The notes: a model not told the origin generated them from the letters alone. Counted from the stretch's first letter, positions 18,245-29,466 are shown. The stretch is 64,000 nt of DNA from Terriglobia bacterium (GCA_965198225.1 CBDAOY010000007.1:224001-288000), one strand, 5' to 3'. Numbers and translations: made by a program.

Positions 18245-18450
18245 AACGGCGCTGCACACGAGCGATGGCGGGTGCCGCCAAAGCGACCCGGGCACGCAGC
18301 GCGCTCGCCGGTGCAAACACACCGAAATACCGGGTCAGGTGTGCGCGAGGCTTCGGTACCAGCGCGGCGAGCCGGGCGGTAAAATCCATGGGCTCGAAGA
18401 TCACGTGCGTGGTGCCGTCGCGACAGGCGGTCCTCAACGTATAGCGAACA
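18245..18450 (-). pseudogene. IS91-family (Y2) transposase C-terminal fragment
   Basis: DGTTHVIFEPMDFTARLAALVPKPRAHLTRYFGVFAP. Confidence 0.75.
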
Positions 18451-18525
18451 TGCCCCGACCCCGACCCTCGACGAAAACACCGGCCCGAATGTCCAACGTC
18501 AATCAAAATTCCTTCTCGAAAATAA

Positions 18526-18745
18526 TTGACGCTAAACACGCTGCATTGGGTAGCGCGGCGCGGGCGTGCTGAAGCCGTGACGGTGCTGTTGGCGGCGGGT
18601 GCGAATCTGGAAGCGCGAAGCGGAGGTTGCCTCACCCCGCTGCATTGGGCAGCGGCGATTGGGACTGCTGTAGCCGTAGCGGAGTTGCTAGAGGCGGGTG
18701 CGGACCCGAAGGCGCGGGACAACGATGGCAGACTGCCTGTCGACT
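18526..18745 (+). pseudogene. Ankyrin-repeat fragment truncated by an element left end
   Basis: TPLHWAA...LLEAGADPKARDNDGRLPVDY, then an abrupt switch to the junction sequence. Confidence 0.75.
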
Positions 18746-18852
18746 ACAACAACCCAAACACGTTATCTTGTTGGTTCTTCTTGTCTCTAGTTCTTATCAG
18801 GCGACGGTATTAGCTGGTATTCGGCAAGAAATTGTTCAGTACATTGTTCAGT
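18746..18852 (+). repeat. Orphan element left end J4 (no tRNA half)
   Basis: Near-identical to 12353-12459, including AAATTGTTCAGT-ACATTGTTCAGT at 18829-18852. Confidence 0.88.
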
Positions 18853-18970
18853 CGGGATCAGAGGGCCCAGCCCACTACGGCGAAGCAACGAGCGCCTCAG
18901 TGTCCGGATCCCTGCTACCAGGAACGGATTCGGGAAGAGAAGTGGTAAAATTGCCTTTGAGTCGAGAATC

Positions 18971-19162
18971 ATGTCTGAGGCAACACCCTTCAAAGAAGAA
19001 GCCCGCCGGCTCGTTGACGAGCTACCCGACAACGCCACGTGGACGGATTTTGCGCGGCTGGTTATCGAGCGGCAGCGTGTCAAAGACGGAATCGCTGATC
19101 TGGATGCCGGCATTACGTGGAGCAGTGACGAGATTCGAGAAAAGCTCAGTATCCCCAAGTGA
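18971..19162 (+). CDS. Small antitoxin-like protein
   Basis: 63 aa acidic protein (KEEARRLVDELPDNATW...GIADLDAG); overlaps the toxin start. Confidence 0.75.
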   Translation: MSEATPFKEEARRLVDELPDNATWTDFARLVIERQRVKDGIADLDAGITWSSDEIREKLSIPK

Positions 19163-19446
19163 AAGTCGTCTGGTCTGATCGGGCGCTGCGATCCCTGGCC
19201 GATATCCACGCTCACATTTCAGCCGATTCCCTAAACGCTGCGAACCGGACAGTCAATGCCATCTTGAAGCGTGGGGACCGGCTGGCTCAGTTCCCACACC
19301 TTGGTCGAGTCGTCGAGCGTTACGATCAGCCTGACATCCGTGAGTTGGTCGAGAGTCCGTACCGCATCGTGTATCGCGTACGCCCCGAGGCCGTCGAAGT
19401 GATCGATGTCTTTCATTCAGCGCAACTGCCTCCTTGGGAACGCTGA
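19159..19446 (+). CDS. RelE/ParE-family toxin
   Basis: MKVVWSDRALRSL...FPHLGR...YRIVYR...VIDVFHS. Confidence 0.88.
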   Translation: MKVVWSDRALRSLADIHAHISADSLNAANRTVNAILKRGDRLAQFPHLGRVVERYDQPDIRELVESPYRIVYRVRPEAVEVIDVFHSAQLPPWER

Positions 19447-19490
19447 AGCTGACACCCGATCGGGCTGTCAATGGCACTCAGAATCTCAAG

Positions 19491-19830
19491 TTATTTGTCA
19501 AAACGACAACGCCCCGATTCCTGGCGCCTTGCCAACGACCGCAGGATCGTATCGAGAATGCCATCGAGGTTCTTGGCCAGGTCCTCGGCGAGGAAACGCA
19601 GCACTAAATAATCGTTTTCCTGCAAGAGCATGTCTTTGCGCCGGTCGCGGCGATAAGCGGCGGCGCCATCCAGATGCTGCGCCCCATCCAGTTCAACGGC
19701 GATGCGGGGGTCCACGCACAGCAGATCGACTTCCATTCGACCCTGGCCGTCAAACGGAATCGGCAGGTCCACATTCAAACGGAATCGTCCCTTTGTTTCG
19801 GTGAGAGTTTCAAGGCGACGATAGAGGAAC
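19491..19830 (-). pseudogene. DUF559/Vsr-like endonuclease C-terminal fragment
   Basis: EVDLLC...IAVELDGAQH...RDRRKD...GY-like VLRF motif; no N-terminus. Confidence 0.7.
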
Positions 19831-19834
19831 GCCT

Positions 19835-20789
19835 CGGAGGCATCCGGGACTACCTGGCTTGGCTCGAAGAGAAATACCCGGAACGGTTTCTTCTGCTATA
19901 TATCCCCCCCAACGGCACTCGCCCGTCGGAATGGAGCATTCGAGAGACGGAACTTGAGAAATGGAGCAACGGTTTTGCCATCATGCCGTACTGCGAAGGT
20001 TCCGAGGAGCGAACCGACAAAGATCCCTTCCGTATTCCGCAGTCGGTCGCCGACTGGCTCCGGGAGTGCCGAAAGAATTGCGAAGTGGACCGACTGCGGG
20101 AGTTCCTGCGCAACTTCGAGATGTTTTGCAGCAAGACGTTTGGAGACCAAGCCATGACGACCGACAGCGAAAGGAAGGCCGCTTCTGAATTCATATTGGC
20201 TGAACCGGACCGTCTGGGGACCGCTCTGGCGGTGTCCGCAGCCTGGCCCGCCGTCAAAGACCACGTATGTGAGAAGTTTCTGAAGCGACTGTGTTCTCAG
20301 ATCGAGACGGAAGTCAAAGAGAAACTGAAGGAGTTCGCCGACGACATGCAGCTCTGCCATACGTGTGACGGCCGCTGGTCAAGCATCTCGCTATATCGAG
20401 ATTGTTGGGCTCAATACGAAGTAAAACGCTCCGATTCAAACCGGCGCACCTCTATTAAACTGGAGGCTGACAAGGACGGGGCCAATGGCTGCTACATTGG
20501 CGTATGGTCTCCTATGGCCGTGGACGAAATGGCGAACGGAGATAAGGAACGACGCCGGCATCTTGATGGAGAGCTTAAGAACAAACTTGATCGTGGCAAG
20601 AAAGACGCTTGGTGGCCATGGTATTCTTACGTGAATGCAGACAAGAGGGATTGGAGACAACTGGTTCCGAACTTGTACAGTGAGTCGCAAGGGCAAGGCG
20701 GCGAGATTATGACGTACTTCGTTGAGAAGTTTGTTGAAGTCGCTGAGAAAGCGCTTCCGGTGATCGACGACATCGAAAGGTCGAACTGA
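19835..20789 (+). pseudogene. 5'-truncated PD-(D/E)XK nuclease-like protein
   Basis: DYLAWL...LLLYIPPNGTRPSEWS resembles the post-catalytic part of PDDEXK_4 proteins; the start region overlaps an unrelated fragment. Confidence 0.5.
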
Positions 20790-20849
20790 AATCGCCTCAA
20801 GTAAGAAGCCCGCATAAGTGGGCACGGACGGAATCAAACCGATGACCTT

Positions 20850-21776
20850 CTACCGTGGGAACTGGGCGGCGTTGAGCTTCCAGTAGGCATCGGTCCCTTT
20901 GAGTTGCTCGTTGTCTTCGGCGTAGACGAAAGGCCGTTTGTCATCGTTGTCCCGCGCATTCGGGTCGGCGCCGGCTTCGAGCAACGCCGCTACGACTGTA
21001 GCGGTTCCAGGCAACTCTGCACGCGCCGCGTAATGTAGCGGGGTGCAGCCGAATGCGTCTCGCGCCTCCAGATCCGCGCCTGCCTCCAACAGCGCCGCTA
21101 CGATGGCGGCCACCGTCTCCGAGAACGCCGCCCTCGACGCGTAATGCAGCGGCGTCTGGCCGTCTTCAGCGCGCACCTCCAGGTCGGCCCCGGCCTCCAA
21201 CAGCATCGTGACAACCTCAGGGATCCCGGCCGACGCTGAGTGCAGCGCAGTAAAGCCGTCTGCGGTTCGTGCGTTCGGGTCCGCCCCGGCCTCCAACAGT
21301 ACCGCAACAACCGCCCGAGTCGGGCTCGACGTCGTATGCAGCCCGCGGGATGGCGTCGCCATAAGCAGGGGGGTCTGGCCGCCTTCAGTTTGTGCGTTCG
21401 GATCCGCGCCGGCTTGCAACAGCATTGTTGCGGCCTCAGTGTTTGCGACCGAACACGCGTAATGCAGCGGGGTCCAGCCGCCCGGGCCTCGCGCGTTGGG
21501 GTCCGCGCCCGCTTCCAACAGCACCGTTACAGCCTTAGGGTTTCCGACCGAAGCCGCATGCAGCGGGGTCAAGCCGTCTTCAGCGCGCGCTTCCAGGTCC
21601 GCCCCGGCCTCCCACAGCACCGTTACAACCTCAGGGAGCCCAACCGAAGCCGCGTAATGCAGCGGAGTCCAGCCGCTGGCGCCCCGAGCGGCTAGGTCGG
21701 CGCCGGACTGTAAACAACGGGCCACGTCGGACACGGCGGCCGTCTTGAAGAAAGCTCTTGTATTCCAAGGTTCCAT
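20850..21776 (-). CDS. Ankyrin-repeat protein
   Basis: Multiple GxTPLHxA...LLEAGADxxAR repeats. Confidence 0.92.
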   Translation of the reverse strand: MEPWNTRAFFKTAAVSDVARCLQSGADLAARGASGWTPLHYAASVGLPEVVTVLWEAGADLEARAEDGLTPLHAASVGNPKAVTVLLEAGADPNARGPGGWTPLHYACSVANTEAATMLLQAGADPNAQTEGGQTPLLMATPSRGLHTTSSPTRAVVAVLLEAGADPNARTADGFTALHSASAGIPEVVTMLLEAGADLEVRAEDGQTPLHYASRAAFSETVAAIVAALLEAGADLEARDAFGCTPLHYAARAELPGTATVVAALLEAGADPNARDNDDKRPFVYAEDNEQLKGTDAYWKLNAAQFPR

Positions 21777-21970
21777 GGCGCGCCTTTTCTCTTGGGATAT
21801 TCGGGCCCTCGGCTAGCATTGCATGAGACCCTTTAGCTGGCAGTGGGCCGTCTCCAGCTTAGCCGACTTGGGGCGGAAGTTGGATTTGATCGCGCGGTCG
21901 ATTCCTCGATGTCAGGGTGAACCCACGTTCGGCGCCGGGCTCCCGCGCGACGATTACGAGGATTCCATGA

Positions 21971-23245
21971 TCTGTCCAAGGGGCTGAAGGTCGACTCCTC
22001 CTCAAGACGCTGTCAGAGAGCCTGAACATCAATCGTTATAGCTTCGGCACTGATTTTCTTGCTCGCTATACAAAGTCGGTCGCAGGATCGGAAGATCAAG
22101 TTATAGCAGCGGCGAACCACATTGTTTTTGGGAGGCGCGGTGCTGGTAAGTCCATTCTTCTCCTGTATTCCCTGCACTCTCGCACGAATTTATCTCTTCC
22201 TTCCGTATGGGTAGACATGCAAGTGTATGCGCGGAGAGATGACGTCGGCGTCATCTCAGATGTTCTGTGCGAAGTTCTTCGTCAGATATCGCCCTTTGTT
22301 GGTCATCGACGTGAGCACGACAGAATGCTCACAACGCTACAGGCTGCCGACATTGATGAGGGATATATCCGCCCCAAGCTTCCGGCCTTGCGCCGATTAC
22401 TCTCGCACTTTTCAGAAAAGAGTCAGGATCTCTTCGTTTTCTTGGATGACTTTCATGTTTTGGCCGAATCTCTTCAGCCAAGATTGCTAGATGTTCTCTA
22501 TGCAGTGAGCCGAGGGAACAGAGTATTTCTAAAACTGTCTGCCATCGAAACATTGACACGAACCTTTGATCCGCATACCAAGCAGGGTCTTGAGCTTCCT
22601 CACGATGCACAGCCCATCCGCCTCGACTACAATCTGACTATTCCAGATCAAGCAACTCAACATATCGAAGCAATTCTCAGTTCACACTCAGAGTACTGCG
22701 GATTGCCGTCGGTAAGGAGCCTCTGCACAAGTGCAGACGTCATTCCACGTTTGACATGGGTTGCTGCAGGTGTTCCTCGAGATGCCCTCAATCTCTTTTC
22801 TCAGGCAATGACGAGGGCAGCTAGTGATGTTCGCCGACAAGTGTCGGTATCGAATGTGAACATCGCTGCATCTGAAGCCATCAACAGTAAGATTCACGAA
22901 TTGGAAGCAGATGTGTCCAGTGACGCTTATCCTTCCCTAGATGGCCTGCTTACGACCATCCGAGAGTTTTGCGTCAAGAAACACCGCAGCAACGCGTTTC
23001 TTGTTGAGATCACGAGTGACAGCGCGATACTTGAACAGGTGCGCAAGTTGGTAGACCTCCGGCTTTTGCACGTGATTAGCGAAGGAATCACGATTGGCGA
23101 AGCCGGAAGAAAGTACCTAGGACTGATCCTTGACTATGGTTTCTACACAGGTATCCGTGCCGCGCGGAGTGTGGGCCTATTTAACCGCCAGACGGCACGT
23201 GTAGCCTATAAGGATTTGCGGAAACTACCAGTGTTTGCAGAATAG
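21971..23245 (+). CDS. P-loop ATPase (AAA+/ORC-CDC6-like); start uncertain
   Basis: Frame is open from 21971; Walker A GRRGAGKS at 22130-22153 lies upstream of the first ATG (22217); Walker B LFVFLDD. Confidence 0.7.
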   Translation, partial: SVQGAEGRLLLKTLSESLNINRYSFGTDFLARYTKSVAGSEDQVIAAANHIVFGRRGAGKSILLLYSLHSRTNLSLPSVWVDMQVYARRDDVGVISDVLCEVLRQISPFVGHRREHDRMLTTLQAADIDEGYIRPKLPALRRLLSHFSEKSQDLFVFLDDFHVLAESLQPRLLDVLYAVSRGNRVFLKLSAIETLTRTFDPHTKQGLELPHDAQPIRLDYNLTIPDQATQHIEAILSSHSEYCGLPSVRSLCTSADVIPRLTWVAAGVPRDALNLFSQAMTRAASDVRRQVSVSNVNIAASEAINSKIHELEADVSSDAYPSLDGLLTTIREFCVKKHRSNAFLVEITSDSAILEQVRKLVDLRLLHVISEGITIGEAGRKYLGLILDYGFYTGIRAARSVGLFNRQTARVAYKDLRKLPVFAE

Positions 23246-23399
23246 CTTCTGGGCGTTATTGCGGCGCGAAATAGCACTGTCAAGTTAACTGGAATTCACT
23301 CTTTTTCGACGCGAAATCAATTCGAGCCAGGACGAAAAATCAGCGACTTGGCTGGCATGTCAATCAGCGGAATATCTAGGAAATCAGTTAACCTGCCCG

Positions 23400-23645
23400 A
23401 GGCTACTTAAACGGCCAACGTGACAGTTTCGCGGTGCATGCAATTGAGGTGCCCGAGCCCAACCCAACATTGTGGCGATCCGAAGCAAGACGGGACTGTC
23501 TCAACCGGTTTTCGCCAAGAGTATCGGAGTTCCGCTTGGCACTCTCAAGAATTGGGAGCAGGGCCGCCGCCGGCCAGAGGGGCCGGCACGCGTGCTTCTT
23601 GCGTTGATCGAAAAGCGACCGTCGGTTGTTCAGGAAGAACTCCAA
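23400..23645 (+). pseudogene. HigA/NadS-like HTH antitoxin fragment
   Basis: AIRSKTGLSQPVFAKSIGVPLGTLKNWEQGRRRPEGPARVLL; CCAAC duplication shifts the frame near 23460; no start seen. Confidence 0.7.
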
Positions 23646-23997
23646 TCCCCGATTCGTGGTGACCTCACTGTCGCCGAAACGCTTGGATGCACGCGCGCTC
23701 TACGAAGACTTTTACTGTGCACGGGGCGACATGGAGAACCGCATCAAGGAACAGCAGTTGGATCTGTTCGCCGACCGCACCAGCGCGGCCACGATGCGCG
23801 CCAATCAACTCCGACTGTATCTGTCCTCGGCCGCATACATGATCATGCACGCGCTGCGCCGGCTGGGACTGAAGAACACCGACTTGGCCCGCGCTCAGTG
23901 CCAGACGATCCGCCTGAAGCTTCTTAAGATTGGTGCCCAGATCCGCCTGACCGTTCGCAACGTATGGATTTCGATGTCGGAGGCCTATCCCTACAGC
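23646..23997 (+). pseudogene. IS1380-family transposase C-terminal fragment
   Basis: NPRFVVTSL...YCARGDMENRIKEQQLDLFADRTS...ANQLRL. Confidence 0.82.
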
Positions 23998-26365
23998 GAG
24001 CTTACCTTCACCCTCACCGTGACTGGGCGCGGGCACGAAAGCAACGGCACCGCCACCGCCACCGCCACGGTGACGGTGAACCGGGAGGCGGACACCGACC
24101 CCACCGCGCCAACGCTCACAAGTGCGAGCGTTGGCCGTTCCGGAGGTTCCACGACCCTTCGGTTCAGCGAGGATTTGGACCTGACGGTCGGGGAGGCTCT
24201 CTCTGCGGCGGCTCGAGGCGCCTTCTCGCGCACCGTCAACGGCGTCGCGCAAGATATCGCTGATATTAGAAGGGATTTTTTGACTGCCTACTCGTTGGTT
24301 GTCTACCACACAACGATCTACAGCGGCCAGACCGTCGTCGTGAGCTACGACCAGTCGGTTGCCGGCGGCGCCGCCATCGCGTACAGCGACGGTGACGAGG
24401 TCGCCTCGTTCACCACCGGTCAGGACGGCGTTCCCGCGGTGGTGAACGGTTCAACGCGGCCGGCGCCGGTCTCGCCGGACGCGACGCTGAGCGATCTGGT
24501 CGTCCACGACGGCAGTGCGAACCTGACGCTGACGCCGCCCTTCGCATCGGACACCACCACCTACACGGCGATGGTGGCGAACGCCGTCGCCGAGGTGACG
24601 GTGACGGCGATGACGAGCGATTCCGACGCGACGATCACCGACGCGGGCACGGCGGACGGCCACCAGGTGGCGGTGGCGGAGGGCGAGACCGTCATCAAGG
24701 TGAAGGTGACGGCCACGGACGGTAACACCACCCAGACCTACACGGTGACGGTGACCCGGGCGGCGGCGACGATCCCGCCGGGGCTGGAGGTGACGCTGCA
24801 GCTCAGCGCTGACGCGGTCCTCGAGGGCGATAGGGTCAGGGTGACGGCGACCGTGTCGCCCGCCTCGCCCGTGGCCTTCACGGTGACGATCTCGGCGACC
24901 CCGGTGGCGCCGGCGACGGATGACGACTTCACGCTGAGCAGGAACCGCGTGCTCAGCTTTGCCGCGGACGCGACCGCGAGCACCGGGACGGTGACGATCA
25001 GGCCGGTCGACGACGACATCCCCGAGCCCCACGACGTCGTGCGGGTGTCCGGCGCCGTGTCGAACGCGGCCATCCCGGACCCGGACGACGTGACGGTCGA
25101 GATCATCAACAACGATCCTGAAGACTTCGACATCGCGGTCAGCGCGCCGCCGGCCGTGGACGAGAACGCTGGGGCCGTGGCCGTGACCGTCACGCTCACG
25201 ACCCGGAAGAACACCGCCCCGATGGCCAACATAGACCTGTTCTATCTCGGGAAGCCGGGGGAAACCGCCACGCGCAGCGACGACTACACGCCGCCGCCCG
25301 GCCGCGACCTTGGTGCGACAGGCGTGCACTTCGCCACCGTGCAGCCCACGGCGTTCTCTCCCAACGCCGCCGGCACGGCCTGGGTGGCGGAGCCTTCCTT
25401 CACGATCGGCATCATCGACGACCAGAAAGCCGAGCTGGCCGAGACCATCGTGTTCGCGCTCCTAACCTATGGGGACCAGACGCCCGCGCACACCATCACC
25501 ATCCGCGACAACGACGGCCTCGTCCCCGGCCCGCCGACGGGCCTGCAGGCCGCGGCCAAGAGCCAGACGCGGATCCAGCTGTTCTGGACCGCCCCGGCGA
25601 ACGTCGGCAGCTTTGCGATCACGGGCTACAAGATCGAGGTCTCCGAGACCGCGGGCGGGCGCTGGCACGTCCTCGTCGCCGACACCCGCGACCCCCGCAC
25701 CGACAAGGCCCATACCGGGCTTTCGGCCGGCGACACGCGCCACTACCGGGTGTCGGCGATCAGCCCCGCGAGCACGTCGGCCCCCTCGGGCGTCGCGTCC
25801 GCCACCACCGTTGCCGCGGGCCCGGCCGCGACGAACGCCGCGCTCCCCCCGCCGCAGGACGTGAATGCGGAGCCCTTGCTGCCCGGCGAGATTCGCCTGA
25901 GCTGGTGGAGAAACCCCGACGCCGCATCGCATAACCTGGTCGATCGCCACCAGTACCAGTACCGGTACCGCATCCGCGACGCGAGCACCTGGATTGCGGA
26001 CTGGACCCCCGTGAACCAGACGGCGCTTCCCGGGACGACCGAGACCAGAAACTACAACTCGGTCCTGCTGAAGGGGTTGACCGCGCGGACGACCTACGAG
26101 TTCCAGGTGCGCTCGGTGGACAAGGGCGGCCGCTACAGCGAGGCCGTCTCGGCCCTGGGGACGGCGGTCCGTCGGCAAATGGTCTGGATCGACGCGGACA
26201 CCCGCTCGGTGGAGGAAGGAGAACCGTTGCGCTTCACGCTGTCGCGCGACCAGCCCCACGGCCGGCTGATGGTGATCCTGCGGACCAGCGAGACCGGCGA
26301 CATGCTCCCGCCGGACGGGCGCACATCCGAAGGATACTGGCACGAGCAGGTCCATTTCGGGGACG
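23998..26365 (+). pseudogene. Internal fragment of a large surface protein (cadherin-like beta-sandwich, Calx-beta-like, FN3 domains)
   Basis: DATLSDL...LTPPFASDTTTYTA; PGPPTGL...LFWTAP...ITGYKIE...YRVSAI; markedly higher GC; no own start or stop. Confidence 0.75.
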
Positions 26366-27035
26366 GAAATTCGCCGATCCCGCCGTCTATATCCGGCGGC
26401 TCCTGTCGCTCGATTACGTCATCGATCACTCCGACCTGCACTGGCTCCCGACCGAAGAGGAAAAGGTTTGGTACTGCGAAGAAGTCGGCATCCCCACCGA
26501 CCGCCTACCGAAGCGGATTTATGGTGGAGCGGCCGGGAATGTCACCCGATATTTCCCCCTGAAGCTCCCCGTTGCGGGAGGGCGGACCACCACGTTTGTC
26601 TATGTCGATCCGGGCAACGGAACCTCCGCCGAACTGCGGCATTGGGGCCGGGCGCACGAGCATGTCTGGAGTGTCATGCGGGGACGCGGGATCACGGTTC
26701 ATGTGGCCGCAATCGGAGTCAACCCGGATGCCGACAGGCGAGCGCGGACTGCATTGGAGGGATGGGCGCGGGACCGGAAAAGAGTCCGGGACGGGAGCCC
26801 CCTGGAGACGGAATTGCGGGAGGAGCTGGACAGAGTTTCCAGAGCCCTCGATACCTCGGATTCCAGGATTCTCGACCGCTACGGCGGCTTTGACAATACC
26901 GGGCGGCGCTACCGGGAATTGACGGATATCCTGGCTCGACCCGCGCCGCATAACATCCGGATCGACACGTTCGAGATATGGCGATCCCGGCGCGTTTATC
27001 CCGACGGTGTGCAAATCTACGAGGCGCCGGTATGA
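26366..27035 (+). pseudogene. 5'-truncated mobile-element hypothetical protein
   Basis: The frame of ORF 26676-27035 is open upstream: RRLLSLDYVIDHSDLHWLPTEEEK...RYFPLKLP...FVYVDPG; directly precedes conjugation genes. Confidence 0.5.
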
Positions 27036-27435
27036 GATCACAGATCGGTCATTATTTGAGAGGATCGGCCCCTCGGTTTCGCGCGAAAAATCGGGTCCCA
27101 TCCCTGCGACAATTGGATGCCCAATTACCAGCCCCGGTGCCGTACGAGGCTGGTAAAAGGTCAGGGGGTATAAATTACCATGGCCTTTTACCATTTTCCT
27201 TGTTCCATATCGCTTTTCTTAACTTGTGGTTAGGCCATTTTTACCCCCGGGTTCCGGAGCTGCACCAGAGGGGGGGAGAGTGGCGGGAGCGGCCCCACCT
27301 TTTTTTGTCTCGTGCTGCACCAGACCCCCTCGCTATATTCCATCGCGGGGGTCTGGAGCCGCCCTCCCCAAGGGGGACCGCTCCCGCCACAATGATCCCT
27401 GCGGGAAGGCCTGGATTCCGGCGGAGTGCGACGGC

Positions 27436-29466
27436 ATGAAATGGAGTCACATTTTTCTATTTGCCCTGGGTGTTGCCGCCTCGACGGCCCGGTATCTTTC
27501 GAGTCCGTTCCCGGCCGGATCGGAGAACCCTGTCGTCGCGCTCATGGCCCTGAATGCGCCCGTGCTTCTGTCGCTGATGCACGGCTGGTATGCCGCCATG
27601 CCTGGTGTCGTTGTGTTCATCGGCGGGACACTCGCCTTGGGCGTTTGGCGGGTCTGGTTCGAGTCGGGTCCACGGAAGAAACACGGCAAGGGCGAGCTGC
27701 CCCCGTGGCCGATCGCCCCATCGGACGAGCGCCCAGCCATCGTCGTCGGGGAGACGCATCACCCGGTCGAGGCGCGAGAGGTTCCCGACCCGCACTGGCT
27801 CGTGATCCCGGAGCGGGGGCTCTACACCGGAGTCGCCATCTTTGGCGCGGTCGGGTCCGGAAAGACCTCGGCTTGCATGAACCCGTTTGCCCGGCAATTG
27901 CTCGGCTGGCAAGCCACGAAACCCGAGCGGCGGGCCGCCGCCCTGGTCCTCGAAGTCAAGGGGGATTTCTGCTACGACATCCGGGAGATTCTGACAACTG
28001 CGGGCCGGGAAGACGATTACATGGAGCTTGGCATGGGCGGGAAATGGCAGTGGAACCCCCTGGGCGCGTACTGGCTCGATTCCTACTCCCTGGCCTATAC
28101 CGTGTCGTCTCTCCTGAATCAGTTGTTCGGGAAGGGGAAAGACCCGTTCTGGCAGCAAGCCTACACGAACCTGGTGAAGTGGATTATTGAGCTGCACCGG
28201 ATTTTTCCCGACCGCTGGGTGACCTTGCGGGATGTCTACCGATGCGCGATCAACCCGGAACTGTTCAAGCAAAAAATCGGCCAAGCGGCGGTTGTCGTGA
28301 AGAGTCAGGAGAACGGGGCCATCGTGGTTTCGGTCGGTGATTGGAAAGCCCACGAGGAACTGGCCGACTCCGGGCCGTGGGCTGAACTTTCAGGCGAGGA
28401 ATGCCAGACCCCGTGGACGGCCAAGACTGAACACTGGCTGCAAGCGCACGGCGTGGAATACCGCGTCAGCAATCCCGAGGGTCACACCGACACAGACCGT
28501 TTGGCGGCCCGCCTGGACAGTGTCGCGACCTGGTACAGCCAAGATTGGATGAAGCTGGACTCGAAACTGCGGACCTCGTGCGTCGAGGGGATTTCCAGTT
28601 TCCTGTCTCTGTTCGACATGGAGGACGTGGCCGCCATTTTCTGTCCCAAGGCACCACCCCGGCCGGGCAGCGGCAATGAAGCCGGGAATGGTGACGGGCG
28701 GCCGCCGGTGCCGGCCGCCGGAATGCGAAAGCATCTTCCGGTCCTGGATGAGCTGATCGAGACCGGAAAAGTCCTGGCGCTCAACATGCCCGCCGGATCG
28801 AATCCGGCGCTCGCCCGCACCGTGGGCGTGTTCCTCAAAAATGCCTGGCTCCAGACCCTGCTCCGGCGGCCGGCGCAGATGAAGCGGGAGCCGGACCGCT
28901 ACTTCCGGCCCGCCGTCTTCATTTGCGACGAATATCAATCGTTCGCTTCGGTCGGCGAGGACGACCCTAGCGGAGACGAGAAGGCGTTTGCCCTCACCCG
29001 GCAGTGCCGCGTCATCCCCATCGTCGCAACCCAATCCATATCCTCGCTCCGATCCGTCCTGGGCACCTCCGAGGCCTGGCGTGCGCTCTTGCAGACCCTG
29101 CGCACCCGGATCTTCCTCTCCCTCAGCGACGACGCAAGCGCCGACATCGCCTCGAAACTCTGCGGGCAGGTGGCCAAGATCAAGCCGAGTTGGACCGTCA
29201 CCGAATCCACACGCCAGGCCCAGGTGTCCCTGCTTTCGGGAAAGGCCGGAGGCAGCCAGGGTTCGGTCGGAACCAGCAAATCCTTCCGGGAACAGCGGGA
29301 GCCTTTGTTTCAGCCCAGGGAGTTTGCCTTGCTCCCCAATTGTCAGGCGATCTGCCTGCCCTATGACGGCACCCACGCGGCCAGCGCCGTCCGTGTTTAT
29401 CTCAAGCCGCACTACCTTCCGGTCGACACGCCCTACTGGCGCGCCGTCGAGGCGGGGCAGATATGA
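27436..29466 (+). CDS. Type IV coupling protein (VirD4/TraD-like)
   Basis: N-terminal TM helices; GAVGSGKT Walker A; FICDEYQ; IVATQS. Confidence 0.85.
   Translation: MKWSHIFLFALGVAASTARYLSSPFPAGSENPVVALMALNAPVLLSLMHGWYAAMPGVVVFIGGTLALGVWRVWFESGPRKKHGKGELPPWPIAPSDERPAIVVGETHHPVEAREVPDPHWLVIPERGLYTGVAIFGAVGSGKTSACMNPFARQLLGWQATKPERRAAALVLEVKGDFCYDIREILTTAGREDDYMELGMGGKWQWNPLGAYWLDSYSLAYTVSSLLNQLFGKGKDPFWQQAYTNLVKWIIELHRIFPDRWVTLRDVYRCAINPELFKQKIGQAAVVVKSQENGAIVVSVGDWKAHEELADSGPWAELSGEECQTPWTAKTEHWLQAHGVEYRVSNPEGHTDTDRLAARLDSVATWYSQDWMKLDSKLRTSCVEGISSFLSLFDMEDVAAIFCPKAPPRPGSGNEAGNGDGRPPVPAAGMRKHLPVLDELIETGKVLALNMPAGSNPALARTVGVFLKNAWLQTLLRRPAQMKREPDRYFRPAVFICDEYQSFASVGEDDPSGDEKAFALTRQCRVIPIVATQSISSLRSVLGTSEAWRALLQTLRTRIFLSLSDDASADIASKLCGQVAKIKPSWTVTESTRQAQVSLLSGKAGGSQGSVGTSKSFREQREPLFQPREFALLPNCQAICLPYDGTHAASAVRVYLKPHYLPVDTPYWRAVEAGQI

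Noticed and set aside
779-18852. CRISPR array or iterons formed by the TTGTTCAGT repeats
   Set aside because: The repeats occur only as pairs kilobases apart, with no regular spacers and no cas or rep gene.
23280-23400. AT-rich AAATCA repeats as another element end or IHF sites
   Set aside because: Only partial consensus matches and no partner end found; too weak to call.
23626-26562. 978-aa ORF as a single transposase-adhesin protein
   Set aside because: It is composed of truncated pieces of unrelated genes with a GC shift and no plausible start.
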